A DNA stretch of 64,000 nt, taken from assembly GCA_963699755.1 (NCBI GenBank), contig CAVOVB010000007.1, positions 256,001 to 320,000 of the forward strand, given 5' to 3'. How positions within the stretch are numbered: the stretch's first letter is position 1; each line of letters opens with the position of its first letter. The position numbers and the translations under genes are program-made. The stretch is from an uncultured delta proteobacterium (GTDB lineage: Bacteria > Myxococcota_A > Polyangia > Polyangiales > Houyiibacteriaceae). Of this stretch, positions 29,820 through 39,769 are shown in pieces. The notes under the pieces are model-generated. The model had not been told where the DNA came from. It ran no database searches and saw nothing but the letters and a program-made list of their open reading frames with translations.

Positions 29820-30842
29820 TTATGCGTTTTTCTCTCTTAGGGCGCGCAGGTAGTACGCTCTTGCGAACTCACCCCCTCGCTCGCAGGCCTGTTCGAGGAG
29901 GGGCACTGCGTCCGCGGGCTTCCCGAGCTCCACGAGGACAGCGCCCTCGAGCGCAGGATCGGCACGCCGCTGGCCGGACAGCGAGGTGAGCGCTTGATGG
30001 GCTTCGCCGGGCTCACCGTTGATGAGCCTTCCCCAGGCCAGGAGATGAAAGGCCTCGTCCAGCTCTTCGGTCGAATCGGCCTTCGCGACGAGCTCGGACG
30101 CGACGCGAATCAAGCCCTGGCCGTCGCCGCGCTCGAGGGCCTCGAATGCTTGCTGCACGAGGCTTCGGGGCGGCATGACCTGCTCTGCCGGCGAGCTGAG
30201 GCGCTGCCGCTCGATACGAAAGGCTTGGTAGGTGCTGAAGGCCAGCAGGAAGAGAAGAATGGTCATCGGATACTGCCTAGAGGTGACGGTCACCGTGAAG
30301 AGCAGGCCAATGACCGCGAAGGAAACGTAGCAAGCAAGCAGGCGACCGCGCGACGGAGCGACCAGCTCCATCAGCGACGCGACGATGTTCCCGCCATCGA
30401 GCGGCAAGACCGGCAGAAGATTCAACAGCCCCCAACCTAGATTGACGTAGACCAGCGAACGAAACGCGTAGCGCGCCAGCGAGGGGTCGGGAATGCGCAG
30501 AACATCCATCATCACGAGCGCAAGCGAGCCGATGAAAATGCCGACAGCAGGGCCCGCGGCGCTCACGAGCAAGCTCCGCCCCGGGCTCATCGGTTCGCGT
30601 TGCTCCCACCAAGTCAGGCCTCCGAGGGCGATGAGCTCGATTCGCGGCTGCCGCCCAAATAGGCGACCGACCATGGCGTGGCCGAGCTCGTGCATCAGGA
30701 TTCCCTGGAACACCACGAGCACCCAGATCAAGAGGCCGGCCCAACCCTGGTCGCTGTGGAGTGTCCAGAGCCAAAGCGCCATCAACCAGAACCACAAATG
30801 AATGCGGACGGGGATTCGGAAGAGGCTGAATTCGATGCTCAT
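29820..30842 (-). CDS. Site-2 protease (M50) with a C-terminal TPR-like domain
   Basis: HELGH, SAAGP and NLLPVLPLDGG, multiple transmembrane segments and a helical C-terminus. Confidence 0.9.
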   Translation of the reverse strand: MSIEFSLFRIPVRIHLWFWLMALWLWTLHSDQGWAGLLIWVLVVFQGILMHELGHAMVGRLFGRQPRIELIALGGLTWWEQREPMSPGRSLLVSAAGPAVGIFIGSLALVMMDVLRIPDPSLARYAFRSLVYVNLGWGLLNLLPVLPLDGGNIVASLMELVAPSRGRLLACYVSFAVIGLLFTVTVTSRQYPMTILLFLLAFSTYQAFRIERQRLSSPAEQVMPPRSLVQQAFEALERGDGQGLIRVASELVAKADSTEELDEAFHLLAWGRLINGEPGEAHQALTSLSGQRRADPALEGAVLVELGKPADAVPLLEQACERGGEFARAYYLRALREKNA

Positions 30843-30888
30843 CGCTGCAAATATGGGTCGCCGCTGGGGCTACGACCAGTGCTTGGCG

Positions 30889-31542
30889 TCAGCCGTGCCG
30901 TGATTCTTCCACAATTCGCTTCTTCGTGGCGGCCCAGCTGCAGATCGGGCACCGGCGGAGGTCGTGCCCGCGGGCCGGACAGTATTCGCGGCCGAAGTAG
31001 ATGATCTGCAAGTGACGGCGGATCCAGGTGTCGACTGGAAACAGCTTCTTGAGATCCGCCTCGGTCTTTGCAACGTTCTTTCCATCGGAGAGACCCCAGC
31101 GCGCGGCGAGTCGGTGAATGTGCGTGTCGACCGGAAACGCGGGCCGGCCAAAAGCCTGGCACATCACGACCGAGGCAGTTTTGTGTCCTACACCGGGGAG
31201 TGCCTCGAGCGCGTCCATGTCTTCAGGCACCTCGCCGCCGTGTCGTTCGAGCAGCAAGCGGGCCATCGCTTTGAGGTTCTTGGCCTTCGTCGGCGCCAAG
31301 CCAACCGTTCGAATACACGCAAGAATGCGATCCACAGGCATGGCGGCTATCGACTTGGCGTCTGGGGCCTCTGCAAACAAAGCCGGCGTGACCTCGTTGA
31401 CCTTCTTGTCGGTAGTCTGTGCGCTGAGCAAGACCGACACCAGGAGCGTGAACGGATCGTGATGATCGAGAGGGATACGAGGCGTGGGATAGAGCTCGTC
31501 GAGGATCTCTCCGATACGGTCGGCTTTTTCCCGACGTGTCAT
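30889..31542 (-). CDS. nth: Endonuclease III
   Basis: LLSAQTTD, LPGVGHKTA HhH motif and FPVDTHIHRL. Confidence 0.93.
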   Translation of the reverse strand: MTRREKADRIGEILDELYPTPRIPLDHHDPFTLLVSVLLSAQTTDKKVNEVTPALFAEAPDAKSIAAMPVDRILACIRTVGLAPTKAKNLKAMARLLLERHGGEVPEDMDALEALPGVGHKTASVVMCQAFGRPAFPVDTHIHRLAARWGLSDGKNVAKTEADLKKLFPVDTWIRRHLQIIYFGREYCPARGHDLRRCPICSWAATKKRIVEESRHG

Positions 31543-31551
31543 CGGACCGGG

Positions 31552-32181
31552 CTACAGCTCTTTGGCGTCCGCATTGATCGTGTACTTCGCCATCAAGCTG
31601 GCTTCTCCGAGCACGTGGCCCTTCATGGCGGCCAGCACGTCTCCCGCCGTGAACTTTCCCTCTACGCCCAGACGATCGACGTCGAGCGCATACACGCTGA
31701 ACCGGTAGTGGTGCACGATGCTGTCGTTGAAGGGCGGACAGGGTCCGTCGTAGCCGTAGTAGTCGCCAGCCATATCAGGATCCCCCGCGAACCAGCCCGT
31801 GTAGTCGTTGATGCCCTGGCGGCTGCCTCGAGGACCTTCGGGCCCGTCTTTGCCCCTTGCGGTGATGCCATCGCAGAAGGCTCCTTCGGCAACCGTGGCG
31901 TCGGGCGACAAATCGACGAGCACCCAGTGGCTGAAGTCAGCACGGGGCAGATCGGCCGGCACGACACGGCCAACCTGATTCACATCATCGGGCCTCGTCG
32001 GCACATCGCTGTCGATGCAGAGGATCGCGATGGATTTCGTGCCTTGAGGCAAGGCCGACCAGGCCAGGTGTGGGTTCCGATTGTCGGAGAGATCGATCTG
32101 CCCTGCAGGGCTTCTCCGGCCGAATGCGTACTGAGTAGGGAGGTAGTCGCCGTCGTTGAAACTATCACTGCGGAGCTGCAT
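31552..32181 (-). CDS. YbhB/YbcL family (PEBP/Raf kinase inhibitor-like) protein
   Basis: NPHLAWS, HWVLVD and YDGPCPP...HHYRFSVYALD. Start at ATG 32181. Confidence 0.9.
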   Translation of the reverse strand: MQLRSDSFNDGDYLPTQYAFGRRSPAGQIDLSDNRNPHLAWSALPQGTKSIAILCIDSDVPTRPDDVNQVGRVVPADLPRADFSHWVLVDLSPDATVAEGAFCDGITARGKDGPEGPRGSRQGINDYTGWFAGDPDMAGDYYGYDGPCPPFNDSIVHHYRFSVYALDVDRLGVEGKFTAGDVLAAMKGHVLGEASLMAKYTINADAKEL

Positions 32182-32239
32182 GGGCCCAAGATCAGCACCG
32201 AGGTCCTGCGTTGTCAATCGGTTGCGGCCAGCGCCAGCG

Positions 32240-33364
32240 TCAAAGACTGCGCAATACGTCCAAGTAGCGTTTCGATGTCTTGTTCCAGGGGAAGGTCGAG
32301 ATGACGTACTCGGCCGTTCGCTTGCTAGCGTCGCGTAGCTCGTCGGGGTCTCGTAGCAGAGACTCGATCCGTGACGCGAATGCCGCGGCGTCTTCCGTAG
32401 GCGCGAGCCAACCGTTGACACCCTCGTCGATCACATCTCGAATCCCTTCGAGGTCCGCTGCGAGCGTGGGCAGCCCGCAGGCGCCCGCTTCGAGCATCAC
32501 GATGCCGAAGCCCTCCATGTCGCCGGGGACGACGATGTTCGGCATGACGAACAGCTGACCTCGCCGGTAGAGCTCGACGAGATCCGCTTCGGAAATTTTG
32601 CCCAAACGGCGGACACGTTGCCGAAGGCCCGCTCGCTCAATCGCCGCTTCGATGTTCTCGCACTCCGGGCCATCGCCAGCCAACCAGAAATGCACCCGCG
32701 CCGGGAGCTTCGGCATCACGTTCTCGATGAACCATGCGAACCCTTTGCGACGGACCTGGCGTCCCACCGTCACCAAGAGGAACGCGTCGTCGGGGAGCGG
32801 GGGCGCTCCAGCGATACTCAGCCCGGCAGGGGCCGCGCGCGAAGTTGCAACAGCTTCGAAACGGTCGAGGTCGACCGCATTCGGAACGACGTGGACGCGC
32901 TGGCGAGGCAGACCACGCGCGATTAGCTCTTCGCCAGTTGCGCGGCTGACCGGCATGACGGCGTCGAGCATTCCGCACAGATGACGTACTGCCTTCTGAT
33001 AGACAGGGTTGGGATCAGTGACGTCGAGCCCATGGACGATCGCCGCAAGCCGAATGCCCTTCTTCTTCAACGAAGGCCCCGCGATCAGAAGCGGAAGTGC
33101 CGTCGTCATACTGGTGAACAAAATCACATCGGCCCGATGCGCCGAAGCCTCGCGCCCTAAGCGAACCGCGAGCGAAGCCAAAAACGGCACAGCTTTGACG
33201 TGGACCCACTTCCAGCTCGAGCGGAGCGCGAGTGTCCGCATGGCCAGATCGTCTCGCCCCTCGAGCGCACTGTGGAGCTCGGTCGCCACCCGCTGCATCC
33301 CGCCCATGTTGGTCAAGGGCGCGTCGGGCGGAGGAAATGAATGGGAAACGAAGAGGAGACGCAT
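32240..33364 (-). CDS. GT4-family glycosyltransferase
   Basis: FPP...GGMQR, HGLDV, VGRQVRRKG and EGFGIVMLEA. Start at ATG 33364. Confidence 0.9.
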   Translation of the reverse strand: MRLLFVSHSFPPPDAPLTNMGGMQRVATELHSALEGRDDLAMRTLALRSSWKWVHVKAVPFLASLAVRLGREASAHRADVILFTSMTTALPLLIAGPSLKKKGIRLAAIVHGLDVTDPNPVYQKAVRHLCGMLDAVMPVSRATGEELIARGLPRQRVHVVPNAVDLDRFEAVATSRAAPAGLSIAGAPPLPDDAFLLVTVGRQVRRKGFAWFIENVMPKLPARVHFWLAGDGPECENIEAAIERAGLRQRVRRLGKISEADLVELYRRGQLFVMPNIVVPGDMEGFGIVMLEAGACGLPTLAADLEGIRDVIDEGVNGWLAPTEDAAAFASRIESLLRDPDELRDASKRTAEYVISTFPWNKTSKRYLDVLRSL

Positions 33365-33384
33365 CGTGTGAACGTGACACCAGT

Positions 33385-34701
33385 CTACGGGGGGCAATAG
33401 GCGCTCGGCGCGCCGTAGCCGAAGGCGATGACGTGGATCGGATGGCCGCCCGTGTAGGCGTTGCTCGGAAGCTGGTCCCAATGGACCCCGTCTTCACTTC
33501 GGTAAAACCGCTGCGCGTCGTAGCTCTCCGCCCAGCCGTTGCTGACGCCAACGATAGTGCCCTGGTCACTCACCGCGGTCACGCCAAAGCTGACGTTGCT
33601 CGGTACCGTCGAGGTCGACGTCCAACTCCGACCATTGCTGCTTCGATAAAGCGTGCCCCCGTTCCAGGCCATGAACTCGTTGCCATTCCAGACTCCGTTG
33701 GCGCTCAGGGGACCTGTGCCTGACGCCAGAGACCAGCTCTGGCCACCATCGGTCGAATAGCAGATGTTCCCGTTCTGCGGGGTCATCACGATTGTTCCGT
33801 TTCCGTAGATGATGCTGCCCTGATAGTCACCGCCGCCGCAACCGCCAGGGATCGACTGCGGCGCGGTCCACGTGCTGCCGTCCGTGCTGACGACGACTCC
33901 GCCATCTGCTGACATGATGAACAGGCCCCCACCGTAGGGAACGAAGGCCGTATCGCGAACGTTGGTATCGCCGAGCGCAACGCTGCTGAAGTCGTGCCAG
34001 CTATCGCCCTCGTCGTCCGAGTAGACGCCCCAGCGATGGGCCGCAACGAGCCGGTCCTTTCCAAACGCAACTCCAGAGAAGTAGCTATCTTCGTAGACGG
34101 TCTCCCAGGCCACGCCGTCGCGGCTTCGGCGCACGCTGCCAGGCGCGCCCCAGCCGAAGTTTGCAAAGAACCAGCCATCGCCCCAGGTGATCCCGCGACC
34201 GGCGCCGGGGTCGTGATCGCATTCGGTGGTGCCGTCAGGCATGCAGTATGTCCCGGCGTGATCGGACTGATCGGCGACCCAGGTTCGTCCGTCGTCGCAG
34301 GAGATAATCGTCCGGCCCGCATGTCCCTGAGCGATGAACATGGGAACGGTGCCAGGGGGCCCGCCCCCGGTTCCGCCTGTGCCGCTCACGCCGCCGCTGC
34401 CACTCATGCCGCCGCTGCCACTCATGCCGCCGCTGCCACTCATGCCGCCGCTGCCACTCATGCCGCCGCTGCCGCTCACGCCGCCGCTGCCGCTCACGCC
34501 GCCGCTGCCGCTCACGCCGCCGCTGCCGCTCACGCCGCCGCTGCCGCTCACGCCGCCGCTGCCGCTCACGCCACCGCTGCCGCTCACGCCACCGAACCCA
34601 GACCCATCACCTACTTCACCGGAGCAACCGGCAACCGCGACTATCAAGACAGCCAAGGTCGCAAGCCAAATTCCGGCGCATCCCCCGATTGCGCGCTTCA
34701 T
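33385..34701 (-). CDS. Lipoprotein with a Gly/Ser repeat stalk and BNR/Asp-box beta-propeller
   Basis: Lipobox VAGC, (V/M)SGSGG repeats, then SxDxGxxW boxes (SCDDGRTW, SRDGVAW, SDDEGDSW, STDGGQSW, SEDGVHW). Confidence 0.8.
   Translation of the reverse strand: MKRAIGGCAGIWLATLAVLIVAVAGCSGEVGDGSGFGGVSGSGGVSGSGGVSGSGGVSGSGGVSGSGGVSGSGGVSGSGGMSGSGGMSGSGGMSGSGGMSGSGGVSGTGGTGGGPPGTVPMFIAQGHAGRTIISCDDGRTWVADQSDHAGTYCMPDGTTECDHDPGAGRGITWGDGWFFANFGWGAPGSVRRSRDGVAWETVYEDSYFSGVAFGKDRLVAAHRWGVYSDDEGDSWHDFSSVALGDTNVRDTAFVPYGGGLFIMSADGGVVVSTDGSTWTAPQSIPGGCGGGDYQGSIIYGNGTIVMTPQNGNICYSTDGGQSWSLASGTGPLSANGVWNGNEFMAWNGGTLYRSSNGRSWTSTSTVPSNVSFGVTAVSDQGTIVGVSNGWAESYDAQRFYRSEDGVHWDQLPSNAYTGGHPIHVIAFGYGAPSAYCPP
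34381..34593. repeat. 18-bp coding tandem repeat: 11 full units plus partial flanks
   Basis: Units GCCGCCGCTGCCACTCAT (x4) and GCC(G/A)CCGCTGCCGCTCAC (x7) on the + strand. Confidence 0.95.
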
Positions 34702-34847
34702 GACCGCCTCAGTGTCACATGGGGCGGGGCGCGGTGCCACCCCGCAAAGTCGATGCGGCGTGCTCGTCCAGGGGGCGAAGCGGTCAAGGGGGAGAAGTCC
34801 CCTGAGCGACGCCCTGCGTTGCTGCGATGGGGTGCTAAGAGAAGGCC

Positions 34848-35489
34848 ATGATCATTGAGCATTTCTCGGTGGCGCCCCTCGGATGCAACTGCGTGATCTT
34901 GGGTGATGAGGAGCGCGGGACCGCAATCGTCGTCGATCCCGGAGGCGAGGCGCCGCGGATTGTTGCGCGACTCGCAGAGCTCGGCCTCCGGTGCGAGGGG
35001 ATTGTGCACACACACACCCACTTCGATCACATCGGCGCGACCAAAGAGGTTCAGGACAGCACCAACGCTCCGATCATGATTCACGAGGATGATCTGTTCC
35101 TCTACGAGGGAGTGCAGATGCAACTCGATGGTTTTCGGGCGCCTTTTCGCGCGCCGGAAATGGCCGCCGTAGACCGTTTTCTCTCCGATGGGGAAACGGT
35201 TTTGGCGGGCGCACTTGAAGCCGACGTCGTTCACACCCCAGGGCACTCGCCGGGCAGCATTTGCCTCACGATCGAAGCGGATCGGCCCATCGTGATCGCA
35301 GGCGATACCTTGTTCGCGCGCAGCGTCGGTCGGAGCGACCTCTGGGGCGGGAACACCTCCCAGCTACTCGACTCGATCAAGCGCAAGCTCTTCGCCTTGC
35401 CGGACGAGACCTTGGTGATTTGCGGTCACGGCCCGAACACGACGATCGGAGAAGAGCGGCGGCTGAACCCCTTCGTCGGCGGCGCCTAG
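34848..35489 (+). CDS. Metallo-beta-lactamase-fold hydrolase (glyoxalase II-like)
   Basis: THTHFDH, TPGHSPG, GDTLF...VGRSDL and GHGPNTTIGEERRLNPF. Confidence 0.92.
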   Translation: MIIEHFSVAPLGCNCVILGDEERGTAIVVDPGGEAPRIVARLAELGLRCEGIVHTHTHFDHIGATKEVQDSTNAPIMIHEDDLFLYEGVQMQLDGFRAPFRAPEMAAVDRFLSDGETVLAGALEADVVHTPGHSPGSICLTIEADRPIVIAGDTLFARSVGRSDLWGGNTSQLLDSIKRKLFALPDETLVICGHGPNTTIGEERRLNPFVGGA

Positions 35490-36178
35490 GGCTCATCCCA
35501 GAGCTTGAGCGCGCCACGCATGGCTTCCACCAGCGTGAAGATGCGCACGTTCTCGGGGAGCTGCGATTGAATGTGCTGTGCGTTTCCCCCGCCCAAGTGC
35601 AGCGTGTCGTAATTGAAGACCCGCTCGATCTGCTCAATCGCATCGAGGACCCGCGCCGTCCATTCAATCGCACCGATGCGCTTGAGCTCGCTGTCGCGCA
35701 CGAGGTCTTCGTAGGTGTTTCCGTCTCGAAACGGATGATGCCCAAGCTCCAAATTTGGAACGAGCGCGCCGCTGGTGAAAAGCGCCGCTCCCATTCCGGT
35801 GCCGAGCGTCAGAACCAGCTCCACCCCGTCTCCTTTGGCGACTCCGAGCCCCTGTAGATCGACGTCATTGGCTGCACGAACGGGACGCTCCAAGTGATGT
35901 GCCAACTGCTCGCTCAACGGGACGTGATCCCAGAGCTCGTTTCCGAGATTCGGCGCGTTGATGGTCACCCCCGCTTTGACCACGCCCGGAAAGCCAACCG
36001 AAACGCGCTGATGGGGCGGCAGTTTCTCTGCCATGTCGCGGATCAAGGTAAAGAGCGCATCCGGGGTGGGCGGGATGGGCGTGGGCCGAGCGAGGGTCTC
36101 CGAGGCCGGCTCCCCGTCTGCGTCGAGGACGAGGAGCTTGATGCTCATTCCACCAATATCGACTGCCAGTGTGCTCAC
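35486..36178 (-). CDS. ROK-family sugar kinase, polyphosphate glucokinase-like
   Basis: [33 protein letters not shown] and LGGGN. GTGA overlap with the upstream mini-ORF. Confidence 0.85.
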   Translation of the reverse strand: MSTLAVDIGGMSIKLLVLDADGEPASETLARPTPIPPTPDALFTLIRDMAEKLPPHQRVSVGFPGVVKAGVTINAPNLGNELWDHVPLSEQLAHHLERPVRAANDVDLQGLGVAKGDGVELVLTLGTGMGAALFTSGALVPNLELGHHPFRDGNTYEDLVRDSELKRIGAIEWTARVLDAIEQIERVFNYDTLHLGGGNAQHIQSQLPENVRIFTLVEAMRGALKLWDEP

Positions 36179-36477
36179 GAGCCCGGAGTCCTATGGCTCC
36201 GATAGTGCGAGGTCAACTGAGCGGCGGAGCAGTTATGCTCGCCGCGATTCCGGAGCGCTGTATGGAGAACAGCCCTGCCCTCGGTTTCGTTGATCGCGTC
36301 GCCCGAGAACATCGGAGCGATCCAATCGCGAACGCCGCACTGTTCGCAGAGCTCGGTGAGCAAGGCGAGCGTTTCGTCGGCGATGCAATTCTTCGAATAG
36401 TCGAAGAGCAGCTCGCCGACCTCCTCGTGATGCGCGCGCCACGCCTTCCATGCGCAGGTCTGGGTGGGGTCAGTCAT
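36175..36477 (-). pseudogene. pgi: Glucose-6-phosphate isomerase relic with large in-frame internal deletions
   Basis: 100-codon ORF containing the Pgi N-terminal hallmarks LLFDYSKN and [21 protein letters not shown], joined to a tail ([16 protein letters not shown]) resembling the Pgi C-terminus. Confidence 0.85.
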
Positions 36478-36505
36478 TGCCCGAACCTTAGCGCCGGCCA
36501 GCGGC

Positions 36506-36564
36506 AAAGAAAAACCCCGTAGAGGCGACCCTTCGCGCCGCCCACGGGCGCCGCCCCTCGCGGG
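36506..36564 (-). terminator. Probable intrinsic terminator after hppA
   Basis: Minus strand forms an imperfect GC stem (CCCGCGAGGGGCG...CGCCTCTACGGG) followed by TTTTTCTTT. Confidence 0.6.
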
Positions 36565-36592
36565 ACTGCATATGCTCTGGCAGAAAGCTTCC

Positions 36593-38674
36593 CTAGACCA
36601 GCAGCGGCGCAAGAACGAGCGCCACGATGCTCATCAGCTTCACGAGGATGTTGAGCGACGGGCCGGCGGTGTCCTTGAAGGGATCACCGACGGTGTCACC
36701 GACGACCGCGGCGTTGTGAGCCTCGCTGCCCTTCGGGTGGACCGTTCCGTCCTTCATTTTGTAGCCGCCGCCTTCGAAGGACTTCTTGGCGTTGTCCCAA
36801 GCGCCGCCAGCATTGGCCATGAAAAGCGCCATCGTCACGCCCGAAACGGTCACTCCAGCGAGCAGTCCGCCGAGCGGCTCCGCGCCCATCGCGAAACCCA
36901 CCACGACCGGGGTACTGATGGCAAGCGCGCCAGGCGCCACCATGCGCTTGAGCGAGGCCTCCGTGGAGATCTTCACGCAGCGGGCCGTGTCCGGCTTGGC
37001 CTTGCCCTCGAGCAGCCCTGGAATCTCATGGAACTGACGACGGACCTCTTCAATCATGTCCATCGCCGCGATACCGACCGCCTTCATCGCCATGGATGAG
37101 AAGAGGAAGGGGAGCATGCCGCCAAGGAACAGGCCGGCCATGACGAGCGGCTTCGAGATGTCGATACCGGTGATGCCCGCCGTCTGGGCGAATGCAGCGA
37201 AGAGCGCGAGAGCGGTCATGGCTGCAGATCCGATGGCGAAGCCCTTCCCGATGGCCGCGGTGGTGTTTCCCACCGCGTCGAGCTTGTCGGTGCGCTCGCG
37301 AACCTGAGGATCCTGATGGCTCATCTGGGCAATGCCACCAGCGTTGTCCGCGATGGGGCCGTAGGCGTCGACCGCGAGCTGAATGCCCGTCGTCGAAAGC
37401 ATACCAAGCGCCGCGATCGCAACCCCGTAGAGGCCAGCGACCTCGGCGGCGACGACCACGCCGGCCGCGATGACGAGAATGGGCATGGCGGTCGACTGCA
37501 TGCCGACGCCCAGACCCGAAATGATGTTCGTCGCGGTGCCGGTCTTGCTCTGTTCGGCGATGCTATCGACGGGGGCCTTCCCCATCGAGGTGTAGTACGA
37601 GGTGATGAGGCCGACGGCGACGCCAGCGGCAAGGCCGGCAACCGTCGCCCAGCCGACGTTCATCCAAGAGACGACCTGACCAGTGGTGTTCATCGTGCCG
37701 CCTTCGGGCCACATGTAGTAGGCGATGCCGAAGGTGGCGAGGGCCATGACGCCCGCTGCACCAAAGGCGCCCATGTCGAGGGCGTGCTGCGGATTGCCGC
37801 CTTCTTTCGTGCGGACGAAGAAAGTACCCACCATCGAGCAAATGATCCCCGCACCGGCGATGACCAGCGGAAGAATGACGGGGCCGACACTCTCTCCGTT
37901 CTTCACGGCGACGAAGCCGAGTGCGAGAACCATTGCGCCGATGATCGCACCGACGAAGGATTCGAAGAGGTCGGCGCCCATGCCGGCGACGTCGCCGACG
38001 TTGTCACCGACGTTGTCCGCGATGACCGCCGGGTTACGGGGGTCATCCTCAGGGAGGCCAGATTCGACCTTGCCGACGAGGTCGGCGCCAACGTCCGCGG
38101 CCTTGGTGTAGATGCCGCCGCCAACACGTGCGAAGAGCGCGATCGAAGAGGCGCCCATCGAGAAGCCGGTGATCACGTTGACCGTGCGGGTGAGCTCCCA
38201 GCCGAGAACATCGTTGAGGACGAGGTAGAGCACGCCGAGACCGAGAGTCGCTAAACCGACGACGGTCATCCCCATGACGGTGCCGCCCGAGAACGCCACG
38301 TCGAGCGCAGGGGCGAGCCCGATTCGAGCCGCCGCCGTGGTGCGGACGTTGGCATTGGTCGCCACCTTCATGCCAGCCCAGCCTGCCAAGGCCGAGGACG
38401 CCGCGCCGAGGACGAACGCGCCCGCGATCTGCCAGCCGCGCTGCGGGTCGCCGTAGTAGGCAGCTCCCAGAATCGCGGCAACGGCAACCACGAACATCGA
38501 AAGGACGCGGTATTCTGCGCGAAGAAACGCCAGGGCTCCCACTTGGATCTGACCGGCGATTTCGACCATGGTGGCGTCACCAGGATCCTGCTTGGAAACC
38601 CACTTGGCCTTCATCCAGGCGAAGATCAGAGCAAGCACGCCCGCTGCCGGGGCTGCGTAAATCAGATTTTGCAT
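36593..38674 (-). CDS. hppA: Membrane-bound ion-translocating pyrophosphatase, K+-dependent class
   Basis: [39 protein letters not shown] (Ala marks the K+-dependent class) and [11 protein letters not shown]. Start at ATG 38674. Confidence 0.97.
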   Translation of the reverse strand: MQNLIYAAPAAGVLALIFAWMKAKWVSKQDPGDATMVEIAGQIQVGALAFLRAEYRVLSMFVVAVAAILGAAYYGDPQRGWQIAGAFVLGAASSALAGWAGMKVATNANVRTTAAARIGLAPALDVAFSGGTVMGMTVVGLATLGLGVLYLVLNDVLGWELTRTVNVITGFSMGASSIALFARVGGGIYTKAADVGADLVGKVESGLPEDDPRNPAVIADNVGDNVGDVAGMGADLFESFVGAIIGAMVLALGFVAVKNGESVGPVILPLVIAGAGIICSMVGTFFVRTKEGGNPQHALDMGAFGAAGVMALATFGIAYYMWPEGGTMNTTGQVVSWMNVGWATVAGLAAGVAVGLITSYYTSMGKAPVDSIAEQSKTGTATNIISGLGVGMQSTAMPILVIAAGVVVAAEVAGLYGVAIAALGMLSTTGIQLAVDAYGPIADNAGGIAQMSHQDPQVRERTDKLDAVGNTTAAIGKGFAIGSAAMTALALFAAFAQTAGITGIDISKPLVMAGLFLGGMLPFLFSSMAMKAVGIAAMDMIEEVRRQFHEIPGLLEGKAKPDTARCVKISTEASLKRMVAPGALAISTPVVVGFAMGAEPLGGLLAGVTVSGVTMALFMANAGGAWDNAKKSFEGGGYKMKDGTVHPKGSEAHNAAVVGDTVGDPFKDTAGPSLNILVKLMSIVALVLAPLLV

Positions 38675-38802
38675 ATCCGCTGAACCTCTCGTCGAGCCCG
38701 ACCCCGGTTGATTACTGGAGGGCGGCGCGTTTCTACAAGATTTCAAAATCAGGTCAAACCCAGGGGTGCTGCTTCCGTCAGAGGACTGAAATTACAGCAG
38801 AA

Positions 38803-39732
38803 TCAGCTTGCTTGGGCTTCATCGATAGCGTCCCTGGCCGCAGCGAAGTCCGATGGGCCCTGCACGCTCACCCGTCCTACGCGCCGATCGATCCGGGCCA
38901 AGAGGCCGCTCAAGATCCTCCCAGGACCCACCTCGACGAAAAGCGAAACGCCGTCATCGATCATCCTGCGAACGCTTTGCTCCCAGAGAACCGGACGGCT
39001 CACCTGACGAATCAGCGCGTCCTTGGCGGCAGCGGCGTCCGCGATGGGTTTGGCGTCCACATTGACGTACACCGGCACATGGGGATCCGAGAAGCCAATC
39101 CGCTCGATATCGTCGCGCAGTCGCGCTTCGGCAGGCTCCATGAGGCTGGAGTGAAACGGCGCGCTGACCGGAAGCGCGCTGGCGCGGGCGCCTGCTTCCT
39201 CGAGCTCGGTCGCGGCCTCGTTCACCGCGGAGGTTTCGCCGGCGATCACGATCTGCTGGGGGGTATTGTAGTTGACCGGCTCGACCAGGCCGGGAACCTC
39301 GGCGCAGATCCGCTCGACGAGGGTTCGGTCGGCTTTGAGAATCGCCGCCATCGCGCCTTCACCATAGGGCACGGCCTCCTGCATGTACTGACCGCGCTTG
39401 CGTACGAGCCGAACCGCGTCCCCAAGGTCGAGGGTGCCGGCAGCTACGTGGGCCGAGTACTCACCGAGGCTGTGTCCAGCCACGACATCGAACGGCGCTT
39501 CGAACGCGCGCAAGATCGCGATCGACGCGGTCAGGACCGCGGGCTGGGTGTTCGCGGTGAGCTGCAGGGCTTCCTCGGGCCCCTCGAAGCAGAGCCGCGA
39601 TAGGCTTTCGCCAAGCGCCTCGTCGGCTTCTTCGAAGACGGAGCGAGCCACATCCGATGCATCGAACGCTTCGCGCCCCATGCCAACTTTCTGGCTGCCC
39701 TGGCCCGGGAACACGAATGCGACCTTGCCCAT
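38803..39732 (-). CDS. fabD: Malonyl-CoA:ACP transacylase
   Basis: FVFPGQGSQ, TQPA, GHSLGEY, VSAPFHS and EVGPG. Start at ATG 39732. Confidence 0.96.
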   Translation of the reverse strand: MGKVAFVFPGQGSQKVGMGREAFDASDVARSVFEEADEALGESLSRLCFEGPEEALQLTANTQPAVLTASIAILRAFEAPFDVVAGHSLGEYSAHVAAGTLDLGDAVRLVRKRGQYMQEAVPYGEGAMAAILKADRTLVERICAEVPGLVEPVNYNTPQQIVIAGETSAVNEAATELEEAGARASALPVSAPFHSSLMEPAEARLRDDIERIGFSDPHVPVYVNVDAKPIADAAAAKDALIRQVSRPVLWEQSVRRMIDDGVSLFVEVGPGRILSGLLARIDRRVGRVSVQGPSDFAAARDAIDEAQAS

Positions 39733-39769
39733 CGTGGAGCTGCATAGCACGATCCCGAGGGAGATTGGT

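Noticed and set aside
29748..29820. SAM/SAH riboswitch upstream of sahR-ahcY
   Set aside because: The promoter abuts the start codon, leaving no leader, and no riboswitch-like structure is recognisable.
30964..32304. 446-aa + strand ORF spanning nth and YbhB
   Set aside because: Shadow of two well-supported minus-strand genes.
34381..34593. Tandem repeat as a possible CRISPR array
   Set aside because: The 18-bp units are contiguous with no spacers, lie in frame within a CDS, and there are no cas genes.
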